Source: a virus
Length of the DNA: 36,614 nucleotides
IMG/VR virus record: IMGVR_UViG_3300018026_000029
Strand: one strand, 5' to 3'
The translations under genes were made by a program, and so were the position numbers. The notes below the pieces were generated by a model that saw only the letters and a program-made list of their open reading frames with translations, searched no databases and was not told where the DNA came from. Shown piece by piece: positions 17,601-24,449 of this stretch (its first letter is position 1; each line of letters starts with the position of its first letter).

Positions 17601-20600
17601 CTTACCGAGAGGGCCGGGGTCGGCTTCTGGCGGGGGTACGATGCGTCCGCCCCCGTCCTTCGCATGCGGCGGGACCTGCTGGAGGACCTGGAGCCGGACG
17701 ACTACGGGACACAGGACTCCGGGTCCCCCTGCTACAGCGCCCAGCCCGTGCCCCCCGCCCGCCTGGAGTTCCGGGTGGACACCCCCCAGGGCGAGGCCTG
17801 GAGGCCCGTAAGGTACGCGCTCGCCAAGGCCGCCTCCCAGGGCATACCCTCCTTCAGGGGCCTCGTGCGGGAGCTTGGGGGCATGAAGTACCTCCTGTCC
17901 GAGGTCGATATCGACGAGTTCGACCTGGAGGGGTCGGGGAAGAAGCCCGAGGAGTACATCAGGGGCAAGTTCAACGAGGTGAGGTCGTTCTTCGCCGGGC
18001 TCAGGTACCCCATACCTGTCTACCGGGCAATAAGCGGGGACCGCAGCGAGCTGAGGACAAAGGGCTTCGGCACCTCGTGGTCGATGAGCGAGGGAGGGAT
18101 GGGGGAGCAGGGGGCATACCCCTACGAGGGGAACCCGTCCAGCTACCAGGTCTACTCCTCCCACGTGTCGCCCAGGGACATAAACTGGACCAGCACCCTC
18201 CTGCTGGCCATGGGGAGATGGTGGGACAGGGAGAAGGAGATAGTGGTGCGCAACGGGGCACGGCTCAGGGTCGGCGACGATGACGGCAGGATGTTCGAGG
18301 TGACGGCGTCCTTCGGGAAGACCGCCCTCAATGTCCCCAAGCTGGTCCAGGACTTCGGCGCGAAGCTCGTGGAGAGGTACAAGGCCGACTTCCCGGACGA
18401 CACAAGGGAAATCGACCCGGCGGCCCTAATCAACTCCCTTGTCCCGCTCGACCCTACCGGCAACCATGAGTACGTGTCATGGATAGTGGGCAACTATGCC
18501 CGTGGGGAGCTTGGCGAGTACGATGATATCGAGGCCACCGTCATCCCGCTCATCGAGCGCTACCATGCCCTGAAGAAGACCAGGAACCTACAGCCCCAGG
18601 ACACGAACATCCAGAGGCTACGCGGGAAGGCCGCCCTGGAGGCACTGCTGGCAAGGTACGCCGAGGTAGAGGCGGAGTCGAGGCGGCAGAGGGCCGTCAG
18701 CAGGGAGCAGGCGTTCTTCAGGAAGGGGGAGGCCGAGCTGGTGCATGACGACCCGGAGATGAAGGTCGTCATCCCCGAGACCTGCGAGGCGGCCAAGTTC
18801 TTCGGCGTCAACACGAGGTGGTGTACGTCGGCCGAGAGCAACAACGCCTTCCAGCAGTACCACGAGGAGGGGCCGCTCTACATCGTCCTGCTCAAGAGGG
18901 AGAACAAGAGGTTCCAGTTCCACTTCCAGACGGCGCAGTTCACGGACGAGGCGGACAGGCCGCTCGACATCGAGGAGTGGCTGGTGGAGCACCCCATGGT
19001 GGCCAGGCTGCTCGGGCCCCTGGCCGAGAAGGCCGATTCCGAGTGCGACGAGTGCGCTGGCCATGGGAGCAGCAGGTGCGGGGAGTGCGACGGCGAGGGG
19101 GCCGTGGAGTGCGTGGAGTGCGGCGGCAGCGGGCACGAGCGCTGCAACGACTGCCAGGGGAGGGGAAGGGTCCCCTGCGGCACATGCAACGGCGTAGGCA
19201 TGGCGGGCGGGGGGGAGTGCCCGGCGTGCCACGGCGACCAGTACGAGCAGTGCGGCTCCTGCCATGGGACGGGCAACAAGAAGTGCGAGGAGTGCGACGG
19301 GCGAGGGTCCCATGCATGCGGGAGCTGCGAGAACGGGAGCATAACGTGCGACAAGTGCGGGGGCACGGGCAAGAACCCCGAGATGAACCAGTTCCTCGAA
19401 GGGTGCCAGAGGGCCCTCGCAGGGCCGCTGTCCGTCCCTGCCCTCCGCAACCTCAGGAAGAAGAAGTGGCCAGCGCTGAAGAAGAGGGTCAAGGACTGGA
19501 TAGAGCCCAGGAGGACCCCCGTACACGTCGGCCCCAGGGGCATGGCGTTCCTGCAATGGCTGGAGGGGGTGAAGAGGAGGCTCAAGGGCAAGAGGGGCAG
19601 CAAGACGGCAGCGGAGGGGAGGTGCCAGCACTGCGGGGGCAGCCGCATAGGCATGGCCCTGCACTCTCCCAGCGCTGACACCTACTGGTGCATGGACTGC
19701 AACAGGAACACCGACGTCAGGCGGGAGGGGGTAAGCTGGAGCCTGCGGGACGCTGTATCGAGGTGGGGCGGCAAGACGGCGGCCGGCGAGTGGTGGAGGA
19801 GGTGGAGGAAGACCGAGGTTCTCCCCAAGGGCACGGTCCTCTACCATGGGACGGCACAGGAGTTCCCAGGCATGGACCTTAGCCTGCCTGCCTGGTTCAG
19901 CACCTCCAGGTCGGTGGCGGAGCACTTCCAGTCATGGCACGGGGAGGACGAGGGGAAGCACCGCCTCCTGATGTTCAGGGCGACCAGGCCCATCCGCCTG
20001 CCCCGCATAGATGGCAGGGAGGACCTGGAGAGGATGGAGGACATGTTCGGCCTCCAGACCTCCTACGGGGCCGAGGACATAGTGGACAGCCTCTCCCAGA
20101 GCGGGCTGCCCGGCTGGGTTATCCCCCATAACTACCCGGACGGGGACGACATCCTGCTGGCGGAGACGGACAGCATCGAGTTCACGGGGCAGGAGCCCGA
20201 GGCCGCGGACGAGGAGAGCGGGGAGACGGACGAGTTCGGCCACAGCCTGGAGCTGCCCGGCAAGTGGACGAGGAACGGGGACGGCAACTGGGTCTACCAT
20301 ATGACCCCCGAGGAGATAGCCGAGCGGGAGCGCATCGTGGGGAAGAAGGGTGCAGAGGCTAGTGAGGACCCCCCTGTCACCAAGGAGCTGCTCACCACCC
20401 GCAACCCCAAGGCGATGAGGCCCTACCGCCCCAGCCTGGTCACCACCGAGGGCAACCCCAAGATGGAGAAGGGCCTGTCCAGGGGATACCTCACGGGCGT
20501 CATGCACCTCATGCCGGCCGACAAGAGCGGGTACGGGAACGTCTGCCCCTTCAGCTCGGCGGAGTGCCGCCATCACTGCCTGAACACGGCCGGCAACTGG

Positions 20601-21053
20601 GTGCCGCACAAGCTCCAGTCCCGCATCTACAAGACCAAGCTATACTTCACGGACCGCAAGAGGTTCCTGGAGGAGCTGAGGAGGAGCATCGCCAGGCTGG
20701 CCAGGAAGGCGGAGGAGCAGGGGCTCCTGCCCGCCGTGCGCCTGAACGGCACCAGCGACATCCCCAGCCTCGGCCTGATGATGTCCAGGGAGTTCCCGGA
20801 CATTACCTTCTATGACTATACCCGCATACCCAAGCCCTGGCAGAGGATGAGGGGGAACTACCACCTTACCTTCTCCCGCTCTGGAGATGATGATAAGGAA
20901 GTAGAGGAGGCCTTGGACCATGGGGTTAGCGTAGCCGTGGTCTTCGATACCAAGCCCAATCTTCCGTTACCAGGGGAATGGCCTAAGGGCAAAAGGCAAG
21001 GCAAGAGGGAAGGGGACAGAGACCGGTTTTGTGCTAAAGAACCCCCTGCTTAA
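14619..21053 (+). CDS. 2144-aa giant multidomain protein. In order: transglutaminase-like Cys protease core, GNAT acetyltransferase, Tpt1/ART-fold domain, a 10-unit DnaJ-type CxxCxGxG zinc-finger array, a CxxC zinc ribbon, a second Tpt1-like (LYHGT) domain, and a Cys/His-containing C-terminal region. The last ~40 codons run into a low-GC island.
   Basis: TGase-like core: 'REQCLGIARGLA' and 'HNHWWVIAGGRVVDVTAD'. GNAT motif A: 'LLPQYRGKGWGARL'. Tpt1-like: 'DPYLYHVAQPGTLGNIARDGL...VFLTER...DSGSP...VPPARLEF'. Zinc-finger array: 'CDECAGHG CGECDGEG CVECGGSG CNDCQGRG CGTCNGVG CPACHGDQ CGSCHGTG CEECDGRG CGSCENGS CDKCGGTG'. Zinc ribbon: 'CQHCGG...CMDCN'. Second Tpt1-like: 'VLYHGTAQEF...AWFSTSRSVAEHF...HRLLMFRATRPIRL' (cf. 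KptA 'FLYHGTASRF...HYVHLS...PVILTVKA'). Confidence 0.75.
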   Translation: MAIADKFDLGFVGRLMRSRNGTVVGTLGDLLKSPRARDLYKEALGVPVMVLDRPVQGGKFVDSPDPNLRFFGACGSLRGKACIFVNPRWGEEETIRTLLEEGAHALRKLKGRPATKQDITALTSENIGEMHDSLPEEVSAKQMAEYVLKTAAQLPSVAFRQVWHIGSMDPEDKGKDSLEGAGLSISTHPEEWQQIAELGEGPVWELTRKGNRFLDFHRLTKAQLGAMADWGAQQGLIERRPAWQVRWWDSEDNGFRYAETETEEEAKEEAGAVGGKVRALSSIAYPTDRLRKATRNPRANSVVAMDLLATVYADKALGWDGVWWQDTLDVPGLSAPRGVILPSRLAGWQRRQVGMEGIEDYGAPGRRVSSDRRFIWQGRHGKAPQPGVPYYHVAPASYQEGQDIYSYDAYQDEFGEEPEWKWEEGQIGDTDKVSLHDSLEEAEGFREEWVPGGRVIEVVFPSPLGQLGLSGGVNGEGYPFVRHRIPGGFVRKVSSGRKTLEELALEFRERQEDWFEWQDDKACFREQCLGIARGLAKFLTENGIPAEPWHSYYYDDDGKPHNHWWVIAGGRVVDVTADQFHPEDPDSYRVVITSLDDPHYRQRKARQAGTESSPQSVPAMQGWGYDEPFPDRHSDFFELVENPHTDRGRETRVLETGAPPPEGGEGKPARGEPGQEGTLVRPMASFRSALLRKKAYSILAVFWVKLQGRILLFPNRFLNHDQILQETGIPAGGPEYDRMLRGRVFIDRERRRVRFTRHGGGYTPNDVVEEIVSRYHLQDWEMEDEGEAMGRYGSVQGGPVVERLGREDIPEALEVIAQCFPQYADIADVVSRDVRGDFSLSYGMRLEGRIIGCYLLGRVQLPEEYPGRPEAQAYAGKRGVRGVCLCLLPQYRGKGWGARLRAVPLSLGADYVWGEHYSSLDNLGKWTSFGRRLLFDTKDAKGQPYHVTVMDLRGGPPKAASSRDPYLYHVAQPGTLGNIARDGLQGGILGPKVFLTERAGVGFWRGYDASAPVLRMRRDLLEDLEPDDYGTQDSGSPCYSAQPVPPARLEFRVDTPQGEAWRPVRYALAKAASQGIPSFRGLVRELGGMKYLLSEVDIDEFDLEGSGKKPEEYIRGKFNEVRSFFAGLRYPIPVYRAISGDRSELRTKGFGTSWSMSEGGMGEQGAYPYEGNPSSYQVYSSHVSPRDINWTSTLLLAMGRWWDREKEIVVRNGARLRVGDDDGRMFEVTASFGKTALNVPKLVQDFGAKLVERYKADFPDDTREIDPAALINSLVPLDPTGNHEYVSWIVGNYARGELGEYDDIEATVIPLIERYHALKKTRNLQPQDTNIQRLRGKAALEALLARYAEVEAESRRQRAVSREQAFFRKGEAELVHDDPEMKVVIPETCEAAKFFGVNTRWCTSAESNNAFQQYHEEGPLYIVLLKRENKRFQFHFQTAQFTDEADRPLDIEEWLVEHPMVARLLGPLAEKADSECDECAGHGSSRCGECDGEGAVECVECGGSGHERCNDCQGRGRVPCGTCNGVGMAGGGECPACHGDQYEQCGSCHGTGNKKCEECDGRGSHACGSCENGSITCDKCGGTGKNPEMNQFLEGCQRALAGPLSVPALRNLRKKKWPALKKRVKDWIEPRRTPVHVGPRGMAFLQWLEGVKRRLKGKRGSKTAAEGRCQHCGGSRIGMALHSPSADTYWCMDCNRNTDVRREGVSWSLRDAVSRWGGKTAAGEWWRRWRKTEVLPKGTVLYHGTAQEFPGMDLSLPAWFSTSRSVAEHFQSWHGEDEGKHRLLMFRATRPIRLPRIDGREDLERMEDMFGLQTSYGAEDIVDSLSQSGLPGWVIPHNYPDGDDILLAETDSIEFTGQEPEAADEESGETDEFGHSLELPGKWTRNGDGNWVYHMTPEEIAERERIVGKKGAEASEDPPVTKELLTTRNPKAMRPYRPSLVTTEGNPKMEKGLSRGYLTGVMHLMPADKSGYGNVCPFSSAECRHHCLNTAGNWVPHKLQSRIYKTKLYFTDRKRFLEELRRSIARLARKAEEQGLLPAVRLNGTSDIPSLGLMMSREFPDITFYDYTRIPKPWQRMRGNYHLTFSRSGDDDKEVEEALDHGVSVAVVFDTKPNLPLPGEWPKGKRQGKREGDRDRFCAKEPPA

Positions 21054-21055
21054 CC

Positions 21056-21451
21056 CTAGGCAAGGTGCCTATGTGCCAGTGCTTCTAGCATCCTCTCAAA
21101 GTCCCCGTCAGGAAACGCCCCCCGTGCCCGGTTGTATATCCAGCATGTAAGTCTTACATTTTCCGGGGAATAATCCCCTGTCTGGGATATGCGGTCTAAG
21201 GAAGGGCTGAACGAGTTGCTCCTGCTTCCCTTCCCCCCGTTTATATGGAGTTCCAGGGGTATCCCAGTTACCTCGCATACGCCTTTCTTGAGCTTCTCCT
21301 CAATCCAGGCCTGGGTGATAGAGCACTTCACCTTTGCCTTTGCCGCCCGCTTTCTGGCATTGCAAAGAAGGAAGGATGCACGCCCATTTGTGGTCGTATA
21401 GTATTTGGAGAACTTCTTGTAGTTTAAGACCCTTTGCTTTTCTGTCGGCAT
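21056..21451 (-). CDS. Free-standing HNH-family (homing-type) endonuclease in a low-GC island.
   Basis: '...LHINGGKGSRSNSFSPSLDRISQTGDYSPENVRLTCWIYN...' resembles the phage HNH_3/AP2-type core 'H...SLDRID..GY...N'. Local GC is clearly lower than the flanks. The ATG is preceded by AGGGGG. The stop lies 2 nt from the convergent giant-gene stop. Confidence 0.55.
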   Translation of the reverse strand: MPTEKQRVLNYKKFSKYYTTTNGRASFLLCNARKRAAKAKVKCSITQAWIEEKLKKGVCEVTGIPLELHINGGKGSRSNSFSPSLDRISQTGDYSPENVRLTCWIYNRARGAFPDGDFERMLEALAHRHLA

Positions 21452-21486
21452 ATCTACCCCCTATTAGGAGATAGATAGTTTAGAGA

Positions 21487-22536
21487 CTATACCTTCCTCC
21501 GGTACCCCCCCATGCACACGAGCTGCACGGCGTCCGGGTTGACGGCGAAGCCAGCCTTCTCAGTGAGGGTAAAGCCCATATGGTCAGGAGGATAGTCGGC
21601 TGACAGCACGCTCATCCTCGCCTCGTCGGCCACGTACCCCGCGTGGACTGCATCGTCTACCCCGTCCACGGCCCTCGTGGCCCTGGTATGCCCGGTGACG
21701 TACATCCACCCCTGGGGCACAGACCGGCTCTGGTAGAACGCGGTACCGTCAATATACCCCAGCAGCCCCGTCTTGAGCGTTACCCTGTCGTGGTTGCGGT
21801 AGAGCCTGTCGTCCCTCAGCCCCAGCAGCTCCGTGGCATCGTGCGGGTGGGCGAAGATGTACTGGGCCTCCTTGACGCCCCGCCCCGAGAGCCTCTCCCT
21901 TGCCTCCTCCAGGAAGGAGGGGCTGAACGGGACGATGTCCCTGGCCACAGAGTCCATCAGGGAGAACATCCACATGTCCTCGGCATCGGTCACCTCCCCC
22001 TTTGCCAGGTTGAGGCAGCGTGCGACCAGGTCGAACCGGCGCTCTGTCACGTGCGAGGCGGGGAACCCGACCTCCGATGTAATCTCGAAGGCCGGGATGT
22101 CAGTGCCGTCCCCCGTGCTGCGGAGCTTGTCGTAATGCACGCCGTTATAGAGGGGCAGGACGCTGTGCAGGCCCAGGCGGCCAAGGCTGGAGACGTGGCT
22201 CCCGTCCACCACGCAGAAGGCCTTGCGGACCAGGCTCTTGTAGTCCCTGCGGCGTCTCAGGGACGGTCCCATGGCCTCCGCCAGCCTCCGGCGGCCATCG
22301 GCGTTCTTGAGGAAGCTGTAGATAAGGTCCTCCTGCTCGGGGGTCGTATGGGGGATGCCCCCAAGGTATACCTGCTCCCTGTCAAGCCAGAAGACGTCCC
22401 CCTGGGCAGTATCCCCCGTATCCTCCTGGGCAAGCGCCACGGCCAGGCTGCTGGCCCTAAGCTGCCGTGCCCCTAGCAGTGCTGCCGTCCCCCCCAGCAG
22501 CGACCGGAAGAACCCCCTGCGCACCATCGTCCCCAT
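21487..22536 (-). CDS. 349-aa protein with a twin-arginine (Tat)-type signal peptide. Function unknown.
   Basis: N-terminus 'MGTMVRRGFFRSLLGGTAALLGARQLRA' has an RR-x-FF motif, a hydrophobic h-region and an AxA-like site. The remainder has no motif I recognise. Confidence 0.5.
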   Translation of the reverse strand: MGTMVRRGFFRSLLGGTAALLGARQLRASSLAVALAQEDTGDTAQGDVFWLDREQVYLGGIPHTTPEQEDLIYSFLKNADGRRRLAEAMGPSLRRRRDYKSLVRKAFCVVDGSHVSSLGRLGLHSVLPLYNGVHYDKLRSTGDGTDIPAFEITSEVGFPASHVTERRFDLVARCLNLAKGEVTDAEDMWMFSLMDSVARDIVPFSPSFLEEARERLSGRGVKEAQYIFAHPHDATELLGLRDDRLYRNHDRVTLKTGLLGYIDGTAFYQSRSVPQGWMYVTGHTRATRAVDGVDDAVHAGYVADEARMSVLSADYPPDHMGFTLTEKAGFAVNPDAVQLVCMGGYRRKV

Positions 22537-22987
22537 TGCCGTGCCCCTCCTTTGCCTGCTCTATACAGTACCCCTGGAAGGCCTTGAGCACCCTTGGCCT
22601 CTCCCTTACCCATTCCCACGCCGTCCTGCCGTCCGGCATGGCTATGATGCCTATTACGTCCCCCAGCGGCCTCTTCTCGCCCCTGGCGGTCATCCTGAGG
22701 TCGTACCATAGCCACTCGTCCGACACGTCCCCGTGGTCGTAGTCCTGGTGCTCCTTGCTCACGGGGTCGTACAGCCCCCTCCTCCTGCCGCTGTGGAAGC
22801 TGGCCAGCAGGAAGAGCATCTCGAACAGCATCAGGCACCACATGATGGAGTAGACAGCGTACAGCTCCGGTACCCTCGGCGTTATCTGCCCGGTCAGGAA
22901 CGACCAGTCCCAGAAGGCCGTCGCCAGCACCACGAATGCGGCGGCCAGGAGGTACCGCAGCTCTTGCTCTTCCCCGAGTATCCTCAT
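22457..22987 (-). CDS. Small membrane protein with two predicted TM helices.
   Basis: Hydrophobic segments 'YLLAAAFVVLATAFWDWSFL' and 'LYAVYSIMWCLMLFEMLFLLASF'. Its ATG overlaps the upstream stop (ATGA). Its 3' end overlaps the next ORF by about 80 nt. Confidence 0.45.
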   Translation of the reverse strand: MRILGEEQELRYLLAAAFVVLATAFWDWSFLTGQITPRVPELYAVYSIMWCLMLFEMLFLLASFHSGRRRGLYDPVSKEHQDYDHGDVSDEWLWYDLRMTARGEKRPLGDVIGIIAMPDGRTAWEWVRERPRVLKAFQGYCIEQAKEGHGNGDDGAQGVLPVAAGGDGSTARGTAA

Positions 22988-23295
22988 ACCACCACCTCCA
23001 GCAGCTCCCTTAGGTCTATGCCGTGCTTCCTGGAAAGCTCCAGTATCTTCCCTGCCCTCCCCAGGTACCTTAGCTTCGTGATACCTGCCTGGCCCCAGGA
23101 CTCGTCGTTATAGGAGCACCCGTCTATATGGTTGGAGTTGCAGGTCTTGCGGTGGATGTAGTCCGCTACGTCCCTCGGGTCCCTGTGGTCCAGGGTATGG
23201 TCCTCGGCCTCCATCACGTTGGTGAAGGTCCTGCTACAGCGCTCGCACTCTATGATGAACCTTATCCCCACCAGCCCCCCGTCCTTGAGCCTCAT
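22984..23295 (-). CDS. 103-aa CxxC...HxxxH zinc-finger-like protein.
   Basis: Internal start 'MRLKDGGLVGIRFIIECERCSRTFTNVMEAEDHTLDH...'. Its ATG at 23295 overlaps the upstream TGA (TGATG). The ORF-track N-terminal extension is Arg/His-rich and low-complexity. Confidence 0.45.
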   Translation of the reverse strand: MRLKDGGLVGIRFIIECERCSRTFTNVMEAEDHTLDHRDPRDVADYIHRKTCNSNHIDGCSYNDESWGQAGITKLRYLGRAGKILELSRKHGIDLRELLEVVV

Positions 23296-23720
23296 CAGTC
23301 CCCTGTCCTTCCCTCGGCCTCGATGGCATCGTTGAGGTTGACCCTGAGGTCCTTCTCGGAGGCGATGACACGGGTGACGCTGGGCATGTCGTCCCCGCCG
23401 ATGGCCGTCAGCTTCAGGTTGGTGTTGTTCCATCCGCACCCGTAGGGCTCCTCCTTCGGGGGGAACTTCTCTATCTCCCTGAGCACCTGCTCCCCCACGG
23501 GGCTGACGCCCTCCCTCCTGGCCTTCCGCGAGGCCCTCGGCCCGATGGTGTCCGTCTTGACCGCTGTCGCGCTGCCAGTCAGGCCGGTGGTGTCCATGTT
23601 GGTGTCGCTGCTCACGATAGAGGACTCAAGCTCGGAGAACCTTACCGCCCCCTTCTTGCGCAGCTCCCGGTTGGGCCGGTCCTTCCCCATCTTCCTTACC
23701 CGCTTTACCCTGGCCTTCAT
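23295..23720 (-). CDS. 141-aa protein with a highly basic N-terminus. Hypothetical.
   Basis: Start 'MKARVKRVRKMGKDRPNRELRKKG' is preceded by a strong RBS AAAGGAGG 4 nt upstream. Its ATG overlaps the upstream TGA (ATGA). Confidence 0.5.
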   Translation of the reverse strand: MKARVKRVRKMGKDRPNRELRKKGAVRFSELESSIVSSDTNMDTTGLTGSATAVKTDTIGPRASRKARREGVSPVGEQVLREIEKFPPKEEPYGCGWNNTNLKLTAIGGDDMPSVTRVIASEKDLRVNLNDAIEAEGRTGD

Positions 23721-23890
23721 ACTGCCTCCTTTATGCGCCTGTCGCAGTAGGTACAATACCCCGAGGGCTCTATCGCCTCCTGGCCCCTGCCCCCCATGAA
23801 CTTGGGGTCCTGTACCCACTCCCTGGTGGGGAGGAACCTGTGGCAGAACTTGCACTGGGCCCAGTGCCCCGTCCTGAGCACGGCCCGCAT
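23717..23890 (-). CDS. 57-aa C4 zinc-ribbon mini-protein.
   Basis: 'MRAVLRTGHWAQCKFCHRF...SGYCTYCDRRIKEAV'. GGGAGG RBS 4 nt upstream. The longer ORF-track version, 207 aa, has an Arg/Gly/Pro-rich extension. Confidence 0.4.
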   Translation of the reverse strand: MRAVLRTGHWAQCKFCHRFLPTREWVQDPKFMGGRGQEAIEPSGYCTYCDRRIKEAV

Positions 23891-23898
23891 CAGCCTCC

Positions 23899-24294
23899 CT
23901 ACCACCTCTTCTCCTCCGGCACGGCCCCTAGCAGCTTGTCCGTCGCGCTCCTGATTAGGTCCTGCCAGAGCGCCTTGAGGAACAGGAGCACGGTGGCGAG
24001 CACCCTCCGGACGGACCCTAGCCTGCTGCGCCAGCGCTGCCTGAACCTCTCCTGGTGCTCCCTCTCCCTCCTCTTGCGGTGGGAGAGCATGAGGACGTAT
24101 GTCCCGTCTACCTCGGCGTTGATGTCCTCCCTCAGCGCCTTCTCGGTCCTGGCGCACATCCAGTCGTCCCATACCCTGGCGGACATGCTGCTGAGGGCCT
24201 CGTAGTACAGCCACAGCAGGAAGCCGCCCACTGCCAGCGCAGGCCACTTCAGGGCCAGGAATGCGGCAAGCGTGCCTATGGCTTTTCTGAGCAC
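23899..24294 (-). CDS. 131-aa two-TM membrane protein. A holin-like role is possible.
   Basis: GTG start with AAGGAGA 4 nt upstream. Hydrophobic segments 'AIGTLAAFLALKWPALAVGGFLLWLYY' and 'VLATVLLFLKALW'. The ORF-track N-terminal extension is low-complexity. Confidence 0.4.
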   Translation of the reverse strand: MLRKAIGTLAAFLALKWPALAVGGFLLWLYYEALSSMSARVWDDWMCARTEKALREDINAEVDGTYVLMLSHRKRREREHQERFRQRWRSRLGSVRRVLATVLLFLKALWQDLIRSATDKLLGAVPEEKRW

Positions 24295-24449
24295 GGCGTT
24301 CTCCTTGAGGTGATAAGCTCCACCGAGTCGTTGGCGACATCGAAGGCGATGGCCACCACCGGCTCGTAGTCCCCTGTGTCCGGGTCGAATGCCCTTACCT
24401 CCAGGCCAGGGTAGTACGACAGCATCCTGACTATGTCCGATGCCGTCAT
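24276..24449 (-). CDS. Unlisted 57-aa ORF ('MTASDIVRMLSYYPGLEVRAFDPDTGDYEPVVAIAFDVANDSVELITSRRTPCSEKP') that fills the gap between the CCA gene and the membrane-protein gene.
   Basis: I translated it by hand from the minus strand. Its ATG overlaps the CCA-gene TGA (ATGA). GGAGG lies 4 nt upstream. Composition is balanced. It is too short for the ORF track. Confidence 0.35.
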   Translation of the reverse strand: MTASDIVRMLSYYPGLEVRAFDPDTGDYEPVVAIAFDVANDSVELITSRRTPCSEKP

